Positions 38,118 to 50,966 of a stretch of 64,000 nucleotides of DNA are shown piece after piece (the first letter of the stretch is position 1; the number at the start of each line of letters is the position of its first letter). Under the pieces are notes generated by a model that was given only the letters and a program-made list of their open reading frames with translations, was not told the DNA's origin and ran no database searches. The stretch covers positions 7,982,844 through 8,046,843 of the forward strand of contig CM082588.2 of assembly GCA_040954595.2 (NCBI GenBank), written 5' to 3'. The position numbers were made by a program, and so were the translations under genes. Source of the stretch: Balanoglossus misakiensis. Its lineage: Eukaryota > Animalia > Hemichordata.

Positions 38118-38461
38118 AGGGACAAAGTCTCTCCCTCGCTGCCCCTTTTCCATTAATTATATTTGATACAAGACACTGTTTATGTTATTCTACATGTGGA
38201 TAAATAGTAACGTTCGACCACAAACAACTTCCATCCCACTTATAGACACGAGAGTGAAAAACTGACACCACAATGAATAATCAGTCTCTACCATTTGTTC
38301 ATTTTGGAGATTTTTACTCTCATATCCTACAAACAGGGTCGATGGAAGTTGATGGTGGTTGAACGTTGATTCACTATATCCACATTTAGAATAACATAAA
38401 TGGTGTCTTGTATCAAACATAATTAATAGAAAAGGGGCAGCGAGAGAGAGACTTTGTCCCT
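38118..38461. mobile_element. Family A element downstream of FReD-B
   Basis: TTAA|AGGGAC...GTCCCT|TTAA. Confidence 0.85.
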
Positions 38462-40221
38462 TTAATGCATATACGTCTGCCACTGGTCCTCTAGTGGTTC
38501 ATGCTGATATTATTTCAATACATGTGACAAGAAAGAGTTGTGACGTACCGGTACTATACGTCTGGGGAGAAATTATGAGCGAGGTTCTGGGGGATGGCAG
38601 GGAATCACACAGGAAAGAAACACAGCTGTTGACCTTTGAACCACTTTATTCAACATCAACTGCAAAACAGGTCACACTAGCACAATCCCCCAGCAAAAAG
38701 TAACAATTTCTTTTGGCGGATGGTAGACATATCATTGGTCAATTAACTAGGACTCTGATTGGGCAAAAATACTCAGATCTGATTGGCTGAAAAGTACAGA
38801 GCTGGTCAGAGTTTTTATCACCAGTTCATCTCCGATAAGAGCTGTGGAATGCTTCAACTATCATGGCCTTTGCATGTGTATAGACTGTTTCAGTTTGCCT
38901 AGCCTGCAGTTCCCTCCATATACTTTCTAGTTTTTGAAACTTCCGGATCCCTGTATCTCATTCATGCAGAGACACACATGCCTACAAATTAATACTCTTA
39001 CAAATGGCATTGTATGACAGGCAATTCTGATACAGTTATTAGAACATCTCCCATATTAATACATGTGTCCATCACCGATGATGGCGTTGTCCATGTTGGT
39101 AGCCTGCAGGGTCCCCTGCCCCATCCCCCGCCGCTGGCTGCGCTGGTCAAGGGACGGACTGTCACATGACTTCAGTCACATAATACAAAGGTAATGTACC
39201 AATATCGCCGAGACCATCATGGTGCTACAAGCCTATGAACTGAAATATGCAGGTGCGAGACCAAAATGTTCTAACCTTTGTCGTGCTGTGAACCCTCCTC
39301 ATGACTGTTTACTTGGTGCGAAATGTAAGGCTCCATCAGCCTTCCACTGACAGTATCTTTCATTAGTATTTAAAATAAATTGTGTATACTCGCATCAAAC
39401 CCAATATATTCTACCACTGTCATGCTGAGAAACCTCTGTATTAGTGTATTTAATTTGTTTGATATGTTTGGCGCCAGCAATGTCCTGTAATTATTTTTCA
39501 GATAACGTTTGTACATGCATTCAGCCAAAAAAATTGTACTTAAGTCATCCCAAGCAACGTTAGTATTAGTTCGTTTAATTTGTTTGAAATAATGCGTCCT
39601 GCAGCCTTCTAATTAATATAATTAATGTACCTGTCATTTTTTCTTCCAATTAAATTTGCGACAACCATTCCTCGTTAACACTGCAGTTTTACTTCGCCTG
39701 TGACAATGTGGGCTATAGGCCTAATTTATAAGTTTTAAAACACTGTGAGAATTACAGGTTCTAACAGAAAAAAATCATTATCAGTTCAAGTTCCAAAGGT
39801 AAAACCATATCTATGCTGTTTGTTAAATAATCTGGAGGCAAATTACGAGTATATTTGCCGTTGGAGAAAAATAATACAGCCAGCTCTTTTACTGCCTCTA
39901 CCTCACGTCATCTATTCCGAACAGAAAAAGAAAACGTGATATTTGGACAAATGGGCAAAAATCTCCCTCTGCTGTTTATTTCGTTCAGTCAACAACTTAC
40001 CGGTATGTTGTCTTTGTTTACACATTTGTTCCACCGACAGCTAGTTACCACGTTTGTCATGAAAGAATTGTCAAAACCTTCTTTAAATGTGAACTATAAT
40101 CAGTCATGGGGTAATTATCCATAGGTCAATGGTTTTTATTTCTCTGCTCATTGTAAATTGTTTCGTAGGCACTATAGAATTTCTCGAGTAATTTTACAAA
40201 AGGTCAAATAATATAATTTAA

Positions 40222-40441
40222 TGGGACAAAGTCTCTCTCTCGCCACCCCTTTTCCATTAAGCATGTTTGATACAAGACACCGTTATGTGGATATATAGCG
40301 AATCAACATTCAACGCGAGAGTGAAAAACTCGCCAAAATGAATAACAGGTCTCTACCAGTTATTCATTTTGGCGAGATTTTTCACTCTCAAATCCTACAA
40401 ACGGGATGGAAGTTGGGTGTGGATGAACAGACTTTGACCCT
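40222..40441. mobile_element. Family A element (deleted copy)
   Basis: TTAA|TGGGACAAAG...CTTTGACCCT|TTAA. Confidence 0.7.
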
Positions 40442-41823
40442 TTAAGATAAAATATGGGGGAAATAAAGTATTTCATTCACTTAAGAATAGGTGTAAAAGA
40501 AAATAAATTTATGAAAACGAAAACACAAAAAGATTAAGGTGCATTGCAATGACGATACCATCATTCTATTTGGTGTCTTGAAAACACAAATATTTTGATG
40601 CTGCAAGGCATCAATTTTTTTGTGAAAATTTCACAATTTTCGTCTGTGCATGTGTACATTATACACGACTCGTTCTCCCACAAACCTATGAACTGAAAAA
40701 TGCAGGTGCAAGCCGAAAATGCTCTAACCTTTGTCATGCTGAGAACCTTTCACATGAATGTTTACTTGCTGCAAAATGTAAGACTATATCAGCCTCCTGA
40801 TTAATCGTGTACACGCATTAAACCCAATATATTCTACCATTTCCATGCTGAGAAACCTCCGAATTAGTGTATTTAATATGTTTGAAAAGTGTGGCTCCAA
40901 CAGCCTTCTAAACATTGTCTTCAATTTTTTTTCAAATAAAAGTCTGTACACCCAATAAAAACATAAATTTAACCCTTTTCATGCTGAGCAACATCAAAAT
41001 TAGTGTACGGGGGGTATTTAATTTGTTTGAAATGTCAGCCTTCTAAACAATGTCATTTCGCTATTTTTTAAACTAAAGTTTGTACACGCATTCAACCCAA
41101 AAAATTGTACCTTTTGTCTTGCGCTGAGTAACCATATTAGTGTATTTAATTTGTATGAAATATATGTCTCCAGCAGCTTTCTAATTAATATGATTAATGT
41201 ACCTGTCATATTTTCTTCCAAATAAATTTGCGAGAACCATTCCTCGTTAACATTAGAGTTTTACTTCGCCCATCAACAGGTTGTGCCGACACCTCAGTAC
41301 AGAATATCCACTCACTAGTAAGTATTACATTTCACTTATTCCTTTATGTTAGAGCATTCGCCATAAATTCCTAGTTCACGCATATTGCCACACGTACTTT
41401 ACCAATAAGTGACATTATTAAGCTTACTAATGTTTCTGCAGTAAATTGCTTTATTGGATAAATTTTCACTTGAGATCAGTATTAGTCGTGTGTCTGTCCA
41501 ACAGTATATTTTCTTGAAACGTCAAGTTTTACCAGTTGTGTCCAATGTTGTAAAATAGAATCCAACAAGAATTTGTGGTGTGAACCAGCATCATTTAGTC
41601 AAATATAATCACAAAATAAATAAAGTTTAATTGATGATAATAACTTATAACTGTGTCTGTCTACACGTGAGGTTGATATTGACATTACAAACTTCCCGTT
41701 TTGTATGCTCTTGTTTTGTCGTTTCTAACAGTATATTACTCATTCATTTCATCATTGCCTAGTTTATAAACTTTCTATTAAATTAATTTGTCACTTTGTT
41801 TTTCTCTCTAGGTGTACTGTAAA

Positions 41824-43792
41824 ATGGAGTTTAAGTTTGTATGGATGACATTCGTAGTATTACTGGTACTACCCGACAATGTGTTACTCACAGACGAACG
41901 TGTGGGAACCGACCACAATTCAGGTCAGTATTAAAGCCCCAGTATTTCTCGTATTTATCCATTTTTCATCATCAGAAATTGCCGTAGGTTTGGGAGAAAA
42001 CGATGCGTAACAATATCAAAACTTTATCGCTGTTCTCATTCAGTAAAGGGATGTTCGAAACTCGTTGTTGACTGGTGTACCGTACATAATAGTGTCATGT
42101 TTGACCTATAGAACTGATGCTAAACAAAGACAAAGTATAAGGTCCACTTAGATGCACCACTTCTGAGCAAAGTTTCTGGCACTGTTTTCAAATGCTTCAT
42201 TTCCGACAAGTGGAAACGTGAAAATTTTCTAAAGTTCAGAACATTATTCCTGTCGGGACTTATTCCTGCTTTACGTGGAGCTGTCCTGTCATAAATGCCT
42301 CGTCAATTTTGATCACGTCCTCCCATGCTAAATGTATTTGTTCGGACTTGATCGATTAAATTCATCTTAACGTCAATAATGATTCGGATATGATGCTTCT
42401 ATTTTAGAACGTCGACCACCAGTGGATTGCTATGATATTTATCGTCGGAACAAAAACCGCCCAAGTGGCGTATACACTGTGCAACCCATGGACGACGGAA
42501 ACTCATTCAAAGTCTTCTGTGATATGGAGACAGATAACGGAGGGTGGACGGTATGTATAGAACAGCCAGCGAAGCAAGACTAGTATTATTCCTTGAAAAT
42601 AAACTGTTGCTCAGAGAAAAAAAAAATTGTGTACAACCAAACGAACTCATTTAAAACTATAGTACTGTAAACAATTATGATAGATTGCCTGATACAGTTG
42701 TTTTCACTCCAGCTCAGCTGCTGAAAGGTGGTCACATTTATTCATTTTGGGCGAGATTTTCACTCTCATATCCTACAAACGGGATGGAAGTTGTGTGTGG
42801 TCCAACTTTGATTCACTATATATCCACATGATGTAGAATAACATAAACGGTGTCTTGTATCGAACAATAATTAATTGAAGAAGGGCAGCGAGTGAGACTT
42901 TGTATTTATTTTTAGTCTATTGTTAATGTGGATGGTTTACATGATATCTCGCCATTTCTTTTAATAAAGGTATTTCAAAGAAGGCATGATGGAAGCCTTG
43001 ATTTCTACCGTTACTGGACTGACTACAAAAACGGATTTGGTGTTCCAGGTGGTGAGTTCTGGCTAGGAAACGATAAGTTGCATCGATTAACAAATCAACG
43101 GACTTATGAACTCAGAATTGACATGGAAGACTTTGAAAACGAAACTCGATACGCAAAATATGATAAATTCGCCATTGGTGATGAATTCACTAAATACAAA
43201 CTGACTCTCGGAGAATATACCGGAAACGCAGGTAGGTTGATATTTGTTTCGCCTGCATGCAAACGTAACTTGTAACATTTCCGTACATATTCCATGCAGG
43301 GACTAGGGTAGTCTCGGTTACCCAGACCCCTCTGCTTCTTCCATTGTGCTCCAGAAAAGGGTCTGGGGATATACCCGGTACTATAAATATTTCGATCGGC
43401 CGCTGATTGGCTTATCTGGGTCACTGCAACTCGACTAAAATTTTCACATCTACCGACAAGTCAGTCTCTTGATGTAACAAATCAACAACTCACACATTGC
43501 TAAAATGAATCAAGTATTTTCTCGTGTGTTTTCTACAGGAGATAGTCTTGAGCGGCAAAAAAAACAATATTTCACAACTAGAGATAGGGACAATGATGTA
43601 GACGATGATGCGAACTGTGCCGAGACGTTCACTGGGGCATGGTGGTACAAGAATTGTCATGACTCCAATTTGAATGGTCAGTACCTTGGTGGAGAGACGG
43701 AAGAGAATGCCAAAGGGATAGTTTGGAAAGAATGGAAAGGGCACAACTACTCTTTGAAGAAAACTGAGATGAAAATAAGACCTGTCTTCTAA
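41824..43792 (+). CDS. Fibrinogen-related protein FReD-C, 252 aa
   Basis: Exons 41824-41923, 42408-42550, 42970-43231, 43539-43792; open frame with FBG motifs. Confidence 0.93.
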
Positions 43793-44141
43793 CAAAGTGA
43801 ATTTCTCTACCAACAGGCAGAATATGTTAACTTCACTTTTTGTTCAAAGGAAGCTCACATTAATTCTGAAATTAAAACATCAGTGATTAAGAGAATTTTG
43901 CTTCAAAATGTAGAAAACATTATATACCGGTAGTTGTCGAATAAAGTTAAGCAATCATAATAGCTGAAATTATTGTAATTGTTTTATTTTCAACCCCAGA
44001 CAAATAAAAGAGAAACAATATGCTCAGAAGTATTAATGAGGCATAAGGGATTTCAACTAGTATGACATTTACTCTGATATTCATCCTGCCTCCAAAATTG
44101 TAAAAAGAAGTAGTGTTCGAGGCGTTTGGTGTCTTGCTTAA

Positions 44142-44490
44142 AGGGACAAAGTCTCTCCCTCGCTGCCCCTTTTCCATTAATTATATTTGATACAAGACAC
44201 TGTTTATGTTATTCTACATGTGGATATATAGTGAATGAACGTTCAACCACACACAACTTCCATCCCTCTTATAGACAGGAGAGTGAAAAACTGACACCAC
44301 AATGAATAATCAGTCTCTACCATTTATTCATTTTGGAGATTTTTACTCTCATATCCTACAAACAGGGTCGATGGAAGTTGTTGGTGGTTGAACGTTGATT
44401 CACTATATCCACATTTAGAATAACATAAATGGTGCCTTGTATCAAACATAATTAATAGAAAAAGGGCAGCGAGAGAGAGACTTTGTCCCT
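44142..44490. mobile_element. Family A element downstream of FReD-C
   Basis: TTAA|AGGGAC...GTCCCT|TTAA. Confidence 0.85.
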
Positions 44491-46227
44491 TTAATGCATA
44501 CACGTCTGCCACTGGTCCTCTTGTGGTTCATGCTGATATTATTTCAATACATGTGACAAGAAAGAGTTGTGACGTACCGGTACTATACGTCTGGGGAGAA
44601 ATTATGAGCGAGGTTCTGGGGGATGGCAGGGAATCACACAGGAAAGAAACACAGCTGTTGACCTTTGAACCACTTCATTCAACAGCAACCGCAAAACAGG
44701 TCACAATGCCCCCAGCAAAAAGTAACAATTTCTTTTGGCCGATAGAAGGCATATCATTGGTCAATTAACTAGGACTCTGATTGGGCAAAAATACTCGGAT
44801 CTGATTGGCTGAAAAGTACAGAGCTGGTCAGAGTTTTTATCAACAGTTCATCTCTGATAAGAGCTGTGGAATGCTTCAACTATCATGGCCTTTGCATGTG
44901 TATAGACTGTTCCAGTTTGCCTAGCCTGAAGTTCCCTCCATATACTTTCTAGTTTTTGAAACTTCCGGATCCCTGTATCTCATTCATACAGAGACACACA
45001 TGCCTACAAATTAATACTCTTACAAATGGCATTGCATGACAGGCAATTCTGATACAGTTATTAGAACATCTCCCATAATACATGTGTCCATCACCGATGA
45101 TGGCGTTGTCCGTTATGGTAGCCTGCAGGGTCCCCTGCCCCATCCCCCGCCGCTGGCTGCGCTGGTCCAGGGACGGACTGTCACATGACTTCAGTCACAA
45201 AATACAAAGGTAATGTACCAATATCGCCGAGACCATTATGGCGGCTACAAACCTATGGACTGAAATATGCAGGTGCGAGACCAAATGTTCTAACCTTTGT
45301 CGTGCTGTGAACCATCTGCATGACTGTTTACTTGGTGCAAAATGTGAGGCTCCATCAGCCTTCCACTGACAGTATCTTTCATTAGTATTTAAAATAAATT
45401 GTGTATACTCGCATCAAACCCAATATATTCTACCACTGTCATGCTGAGAAACCCCTGTATTAGTGTATTTAATTTGTTTGATATGTTTGGTGCCAGCAAT
45501 GTCCTGTAATTATTTTTCAGATAAAGTTTGTACATGCATTCAGCCAAATAAATTGTACTTAAGTCATCCCAAGCAACGTTAGTATTAGTTCGTTTAATTT
45601 GTTTGAAATAATGCGTCCTGCAGCCTTCTAATTAATATAATTAATGTACCTGTCATTTTTTCTTCCAAATAAATTTGCGACAACCATTCCTCGTTAACAC
45701 TGCAGTTTTACTTCGCCCATCAACAGGTTGTGCCGACACCTCAGTACAGAATATCCACTCACTGGTAAGTATTACATTTCACTTATTCCTACCGTATATG
45801 TTAGGGCGTGCGCTAGGCTAGTTCATACATATTGCGTTGCCTATGTGGAAAACACTTTACCAGTTCTGTCGTGGTGCACACAACGCCTTGTAAAATATAA
45901 TGCAACAATTCTATCGGCACTGAACCAGTATTGTCCTTTAAACGAATATATTGACAAAGTAATGACAGAGAGCATAATATTAAGCTTACTAATATTTCTG
46001 CTGCAGTAAATTGCATGATTCAACAAACTTTTACCTGTGATCAATATTACCGTAGTCATGTGTCTGCCTACACGTGAGGTTGACAGTATTTTCCCGGAAA
46101 TGTCCAAAGTTGAATAGAATCCTCCAAGACTTATACAAAAGCATTTCATTATGTATTAACTCTCTATCGAGTGTTGAAATTAATATGAAGTCACATTGTT
46201 TTTTTCTCCATATAGGTATATTGTAAA

Positions 46228-48598
46228 ATGGAGTTGAAGATGGTATGGATGACACTCGTACTATTACTGGTAGTACCCGACAATGTGTTACTCACAGACG
46301 AAGTTGGTCAGTATTCTGATACTAGCTTTTCGTACTGAGGTTATACATGTACTAGAGTGCCTATCCATTGTGAGGGCGTGATTCGGAGGTCCTTTATTAC
46401 TCCAAATATCAAGGCTGTACATTATTTTTAATCATAAGCTTAGACTTATGCCTTATGGAATAACAACTTGTTAAAAAAATCTTCTCATAGGTTTGGGAGA
46501 TAAGCATGCACAATAGAGCGCTTTAGTTACACGTAAATACGCGTACGTCTGTCAGCAGGCAGTGGCGTTCGAGTATGTGTAGCGACGCGTGAATTTTGCA
46601 GTTTAGTTGTCCGTTTTGAATAACAAAAATATTTAAAAACAATAGAAAATTCGAATAATTTTCACTTCAATAAATTTTGTGTGTGATGAATATTTTCTAA
46701 GATCCCCACCCTTGCAATAAGTTTCTTGACTGCAGTGGAAATTTAGTTTAGTGAAGCTTTCCGATGTCTTAGTGTAGGCGTCCACTGAAAACGTAGCATA
46801 GGAATAATTTTTTTGTGTTCATCTTTTGAAAACACCAAATACTGCCAGTTTTAGCACATATGGCAGAAATTTTTCAGATTACATGGATGCTGGCTACATC
46901 ACAATTGCACTTCAGAGATCAATCGCTCAAATTAAAATGAGAATATCGAGAAATTAAAAAAAAAAATGTTACACGTAATCATGATTACGCGTAGAAGCGT
47001 TGCTTGCCGTTCCAAACGTTATCTAAGCGTCAATAATGATTGTATTTTAGAAAGTTGGAAACCAAAGGATTGCTATGATATTTACCTGTTGAACAAAGAA
47101 GCCCTAAGTGGTGTATACTCTGTGCAACCAATGGTCATCGAAAATTCATATGAAGACTTCAAAGTCTACTGTGATATGGAGACAGATAATGGAGGGTGGA
47201 CGGTATGTATAGAACAGCCAGCGAAGCAAGAATATAGTATTGTTTCCTTAATTAAAAATAAACTGTTACTTTGAGGAAAAATATGACACGTTAATTTAAT
47301 TTGTATTCAACGGCTATGATAGATAGTCTGATACAATTGATCAGATTACTTTTGCTAGTTTTTATCTTTTTTTTTTTTGGAATTCAACTATTTCTTGATT
47401 GCTTTTTGTTCAATTGAATGTAATTCATTTTTAGTCTGGTGTTGATGGTTTTCATGATATCACACGATTTCCTTTTTAATTCTAAGGTATTTCAAAGAAG
47501 ACTCGATGGTCGCTTAGATTTCTACCGTTATTGGAGTGACTACAAGAATGGATTCGGGTCTCCTGCTGCTGAGTTCTGGCTAGGAAATGACAAGCTGTAT
47601 CGATTAACAAGTCAACGGACTTACGAACTCAGAATCGACATGGAAGACTTTGATGATGAAACTGGATATGCAAAATATGACACATTCGCCATTGGGGATG
47701 AATTCAGTAAATATAAACTGACTTTTGGAGAATATACAGGAAACGCAGGTAGGTTGATATTTGTTTCACCATTCAAAACATACTAGTATCTCGCCACATT
47801 TCTGTACATTTTCCACGCAGAGACTAGCATGGATAATTTTAACCTAACTAGGAATCAGATCATAGTCAGACTCTCTAGCTAAATTATCCGCATAGTCTCT
47901 GTGCGGAGAATGACACCTGTACAGTTGCACACATTATGTCATTATGTACAGTTTGTATGTTCATGCAGACATTAGAATTTGTATTCTAGTATACTGGTAT
48001 ATGTTCAATGATATGTATTAAAACACCACCGTTAACCCGATGAAATTGCAAATACAAAAAAAACGGAAAAAAAAGATTTTACAGCTCTTTAAATAAAATC
48101 TATATAATCCAAATTCAAAATTTGCGTAAATCTCTATTATAGAAAGTGGGCTTCTTTCATACCAACCTATCATTATCAAGAGGCGAATGTTTAGGCTTTT
48201 TGCAAGAATGTAATAACATAAAAATACCTTATTCAATGAGTTTACAGGTCTGTCTCAACATGTTCAGATTATCTGCAGTTCAAGCGTGTTACGTCAGTGA
48301 AATTCGAATGGAATTTCTCATTTTGTCATATGTGTTTTCTACAGGAGATAGTCTTGACTACCACAGAAACCAATATTTCTCAACTAGGGATAGGGACAAT
48401 GATGTAGATGATACTAGGAACTGTGCCGAGCGGTACACTGGGGCATGGTGGTACAGGTCTAGTCTTGCTTCCAATTTGAATGGTCAGTACCTTGGTGGAG
48501 AGACGGAAGAGAATGCCAAAGGGATAGCTTGGGGAACATGGAAAGGGTATTACTACTCTTTGAAGAAAACCGAGATGAAAATAAGACCCGTCTTCTAA
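46228..48598 (+). CDS. Fibrinogen-related protein FReD-D, 248 aa (mosaic; lacks a conserved Cys)
   Basis: Exons 46228-46306, 47051-47202, 47487-47748, 48345-48598; WWYRSSLASNLNG. Confidence 0.92.
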
Positions 48599-48946
48599 CA
48601 AAGTGAACTCTACCCACAGGCAGAATATGATAACTTCACTTTTTGTTCAAAGGAAGCTCACATTAATTCTGAAATTAAATATTTTAAGAAACATCAGTGA
48701 TTAAGAGAATTGTGCTTCAAAATGTAGAAGACATTATATACCGGTAGTTGTCGAATAAAGTTAAGCAATCGATATAGCTGAAATTGTTGTAATTTCAACC
48801 CCAGACAAATAAAAGAGAAACAATTTGCTCAGAAGTATTAATGAGGCATAAGGGATTTCAACTAGTATGACATTTACTCTGATATTCATCCTGCCTCCAA
48901 AATTGTAAAAAGAAGTAGTGTTCGAGGCGTTTGGTGTCTTGCTTAA

Positions 48947-49283
48947 AGGGACAAAGTCTCTCCCTCACTGCCCCTTTTCCATTAATTATGTTTGATACAA
49001 GACACCATTTGTTATTCTACATGTGGATATGTAGTGAATCAACGTTCAACCACACACAACTCCCATACCACTTGTAGACATGAGAGTGAAAAACTCGCCA
49101 AAATGAATAATCAGTCTCTACCATTTATTCATTTTGGAGATTTTTACTCTCACATCCTACAAACAGGATGGAAGTTGTGGGTGGTTGATTCACTATATAT
49201 CCACATGTAGAATAACATATTAAATGGTATCTTGTATCAAACAATTAATGAAAAAAGGGCAGCGAGAGAGAGACTTTGTCCCT
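48947..49283. mobile_element. Family A element downstream of FReD-D
   Basis: TTAA|AGGGAC...GTCCCT|TTAA. Confidence 0.85.
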
Positions 49284-50375
49284 TTAATGCATACATGTCT
49301 GCCACTGGTCCTCTAGTGGTTCATGCTGATATTATTTCGTTGGAATAATACATGTGACAAGAAAGAGTTGTGACGTACTATACGTCTGGGGAGAAATTAT
49401 GAGCAAAGTTCTGGGGGAGAGAGATGCAGCTGTTGACCTTTGAACCACTTCATTCAACAGCAACCGCAAAACAGGTCACACTAGCACAATGACCCCAGCA
49501 AAAAGTAACAATTTCTTTTGGCCGATAGAAGGCATATCATTGGTCAATTAACTAGGACTCTGATTGGGCGAAAATACTAGGATCTGATTGGCTGAAAAGT
49601 ACAGCGCTGGTCAGAGTTTTTATCAACAGTTCATCTCTGATAAGAGCTGTGGAATGCTTCAACTATCATGGCCTTTGCATGTGTATAGACTGTTCCAGTT
49701 TGCCTAGCCTGAAGTTCCCTCCATATACTTTCTAGTTTTTGAAACTTCCGGATCCCTGTATCTCATTCATGCAGAGACACACATGCCTACTAATTAATAC
49801 TCTTACAAATGGCATTGTATGACAGGCAATTCTGATACAGTTATTAGAACATCTCCCATAATACATGTGTCCATCACCGATGATGGCGTTGTCCGTGATA
49901 GTAGCCTGCAGGGTCCCCTGCCCCATCCCCTGCCGCTGGCTGCGCTGGTCCAGGGACGGACTGTCACATGACTTCAGTCACAAAATACAAAGGTAATGTA
50001 CCAATATCGCCGAGACCATCATGGCGGCTACAAACCTATGAACTGAAATATGCAGGTGCGAGACCAAAATGTTCTAACCTTTGTCGTGCTGTGAACCCTC
50101 CTCATGACTGTTTACTTGGTGCAAAATGTGAGGCTCCATCAGCCTTCCACTGACAGTATCTTTCATTAGTATTTAAAATAAATTGTGTATACTCGCATCA
50201 AACCCAATATATTCTACCACTGTCATGCTGAGAAACCTCTGTATTAGTGTATTTAATTTGTTTGAAATGTTTGGCGCCAGCAATGTCCTGTAATTATTTT
50301 TCAGATAAAGTTTGTACATGCATTCAGCCAAATAAATTGTACTTAAGTCATCCCAAGCAACGTCAGTATTAGTGC

Positions 50376-50636
50376 TGTAGTAATTTGTGGGCTTCTGGCC
50401 GTTGGTGGCGTCCTGCTGTACAGGTGGGACGCCTCTGACGTAATTACACTACGGAATGCCCTGCACCTGTGCTACTGGTTTTTACCCACGTTTCTCAACT
50501 ACCAGAACCAGAACGACCCGGACCAGCATCAGAGCAACACGCTACCAGGACTGACGACCAGTACCAAGCAAAACTCTGTGGCCCGGAATAAGACAACCCG
50601 TAGTACCTACCAGGTTAGTAACCGGTATTTACTACA
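50376..50636. mobile_element. Probable solo LTR (261 bp, TG...CA, 4-bp TSD)
   Basis: GTGC|TGTAGTAA...TTACTACA|GTGC; absent at the paralogous sites (tattagttcgtttaatt at ~34490, 39565, 45587). Confidence 0.82.
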
Positions 50637-50966
50637 GTGCGTTTAATTTGTTTGAAATAATGCGTCCTGCAGCCTTCTAATTAATAAAATTAATGTACCT
50701 GTCATTTTTTCTTCCAAATAAATTTGCGAGAACCATTCCTCGTTAACATTGGAGTTTTACTTCGCCCATCAACAGGTTGTGCCGACACCTCAGTACAGAA
50801 TATCCACTCACTAGTAAGTATATTTCACTTATTCCTATATGTTAGGGCGTGCGCTAGGCTATTTCATGCATATTGCCTTGCCTATGTGCGAAACACTTCA
50901 CCAGTTCTGTCCAACGCCTTGTAATACGAAGTCACATTGTTTTTCTCTCTATAGGTATATTGTAAA

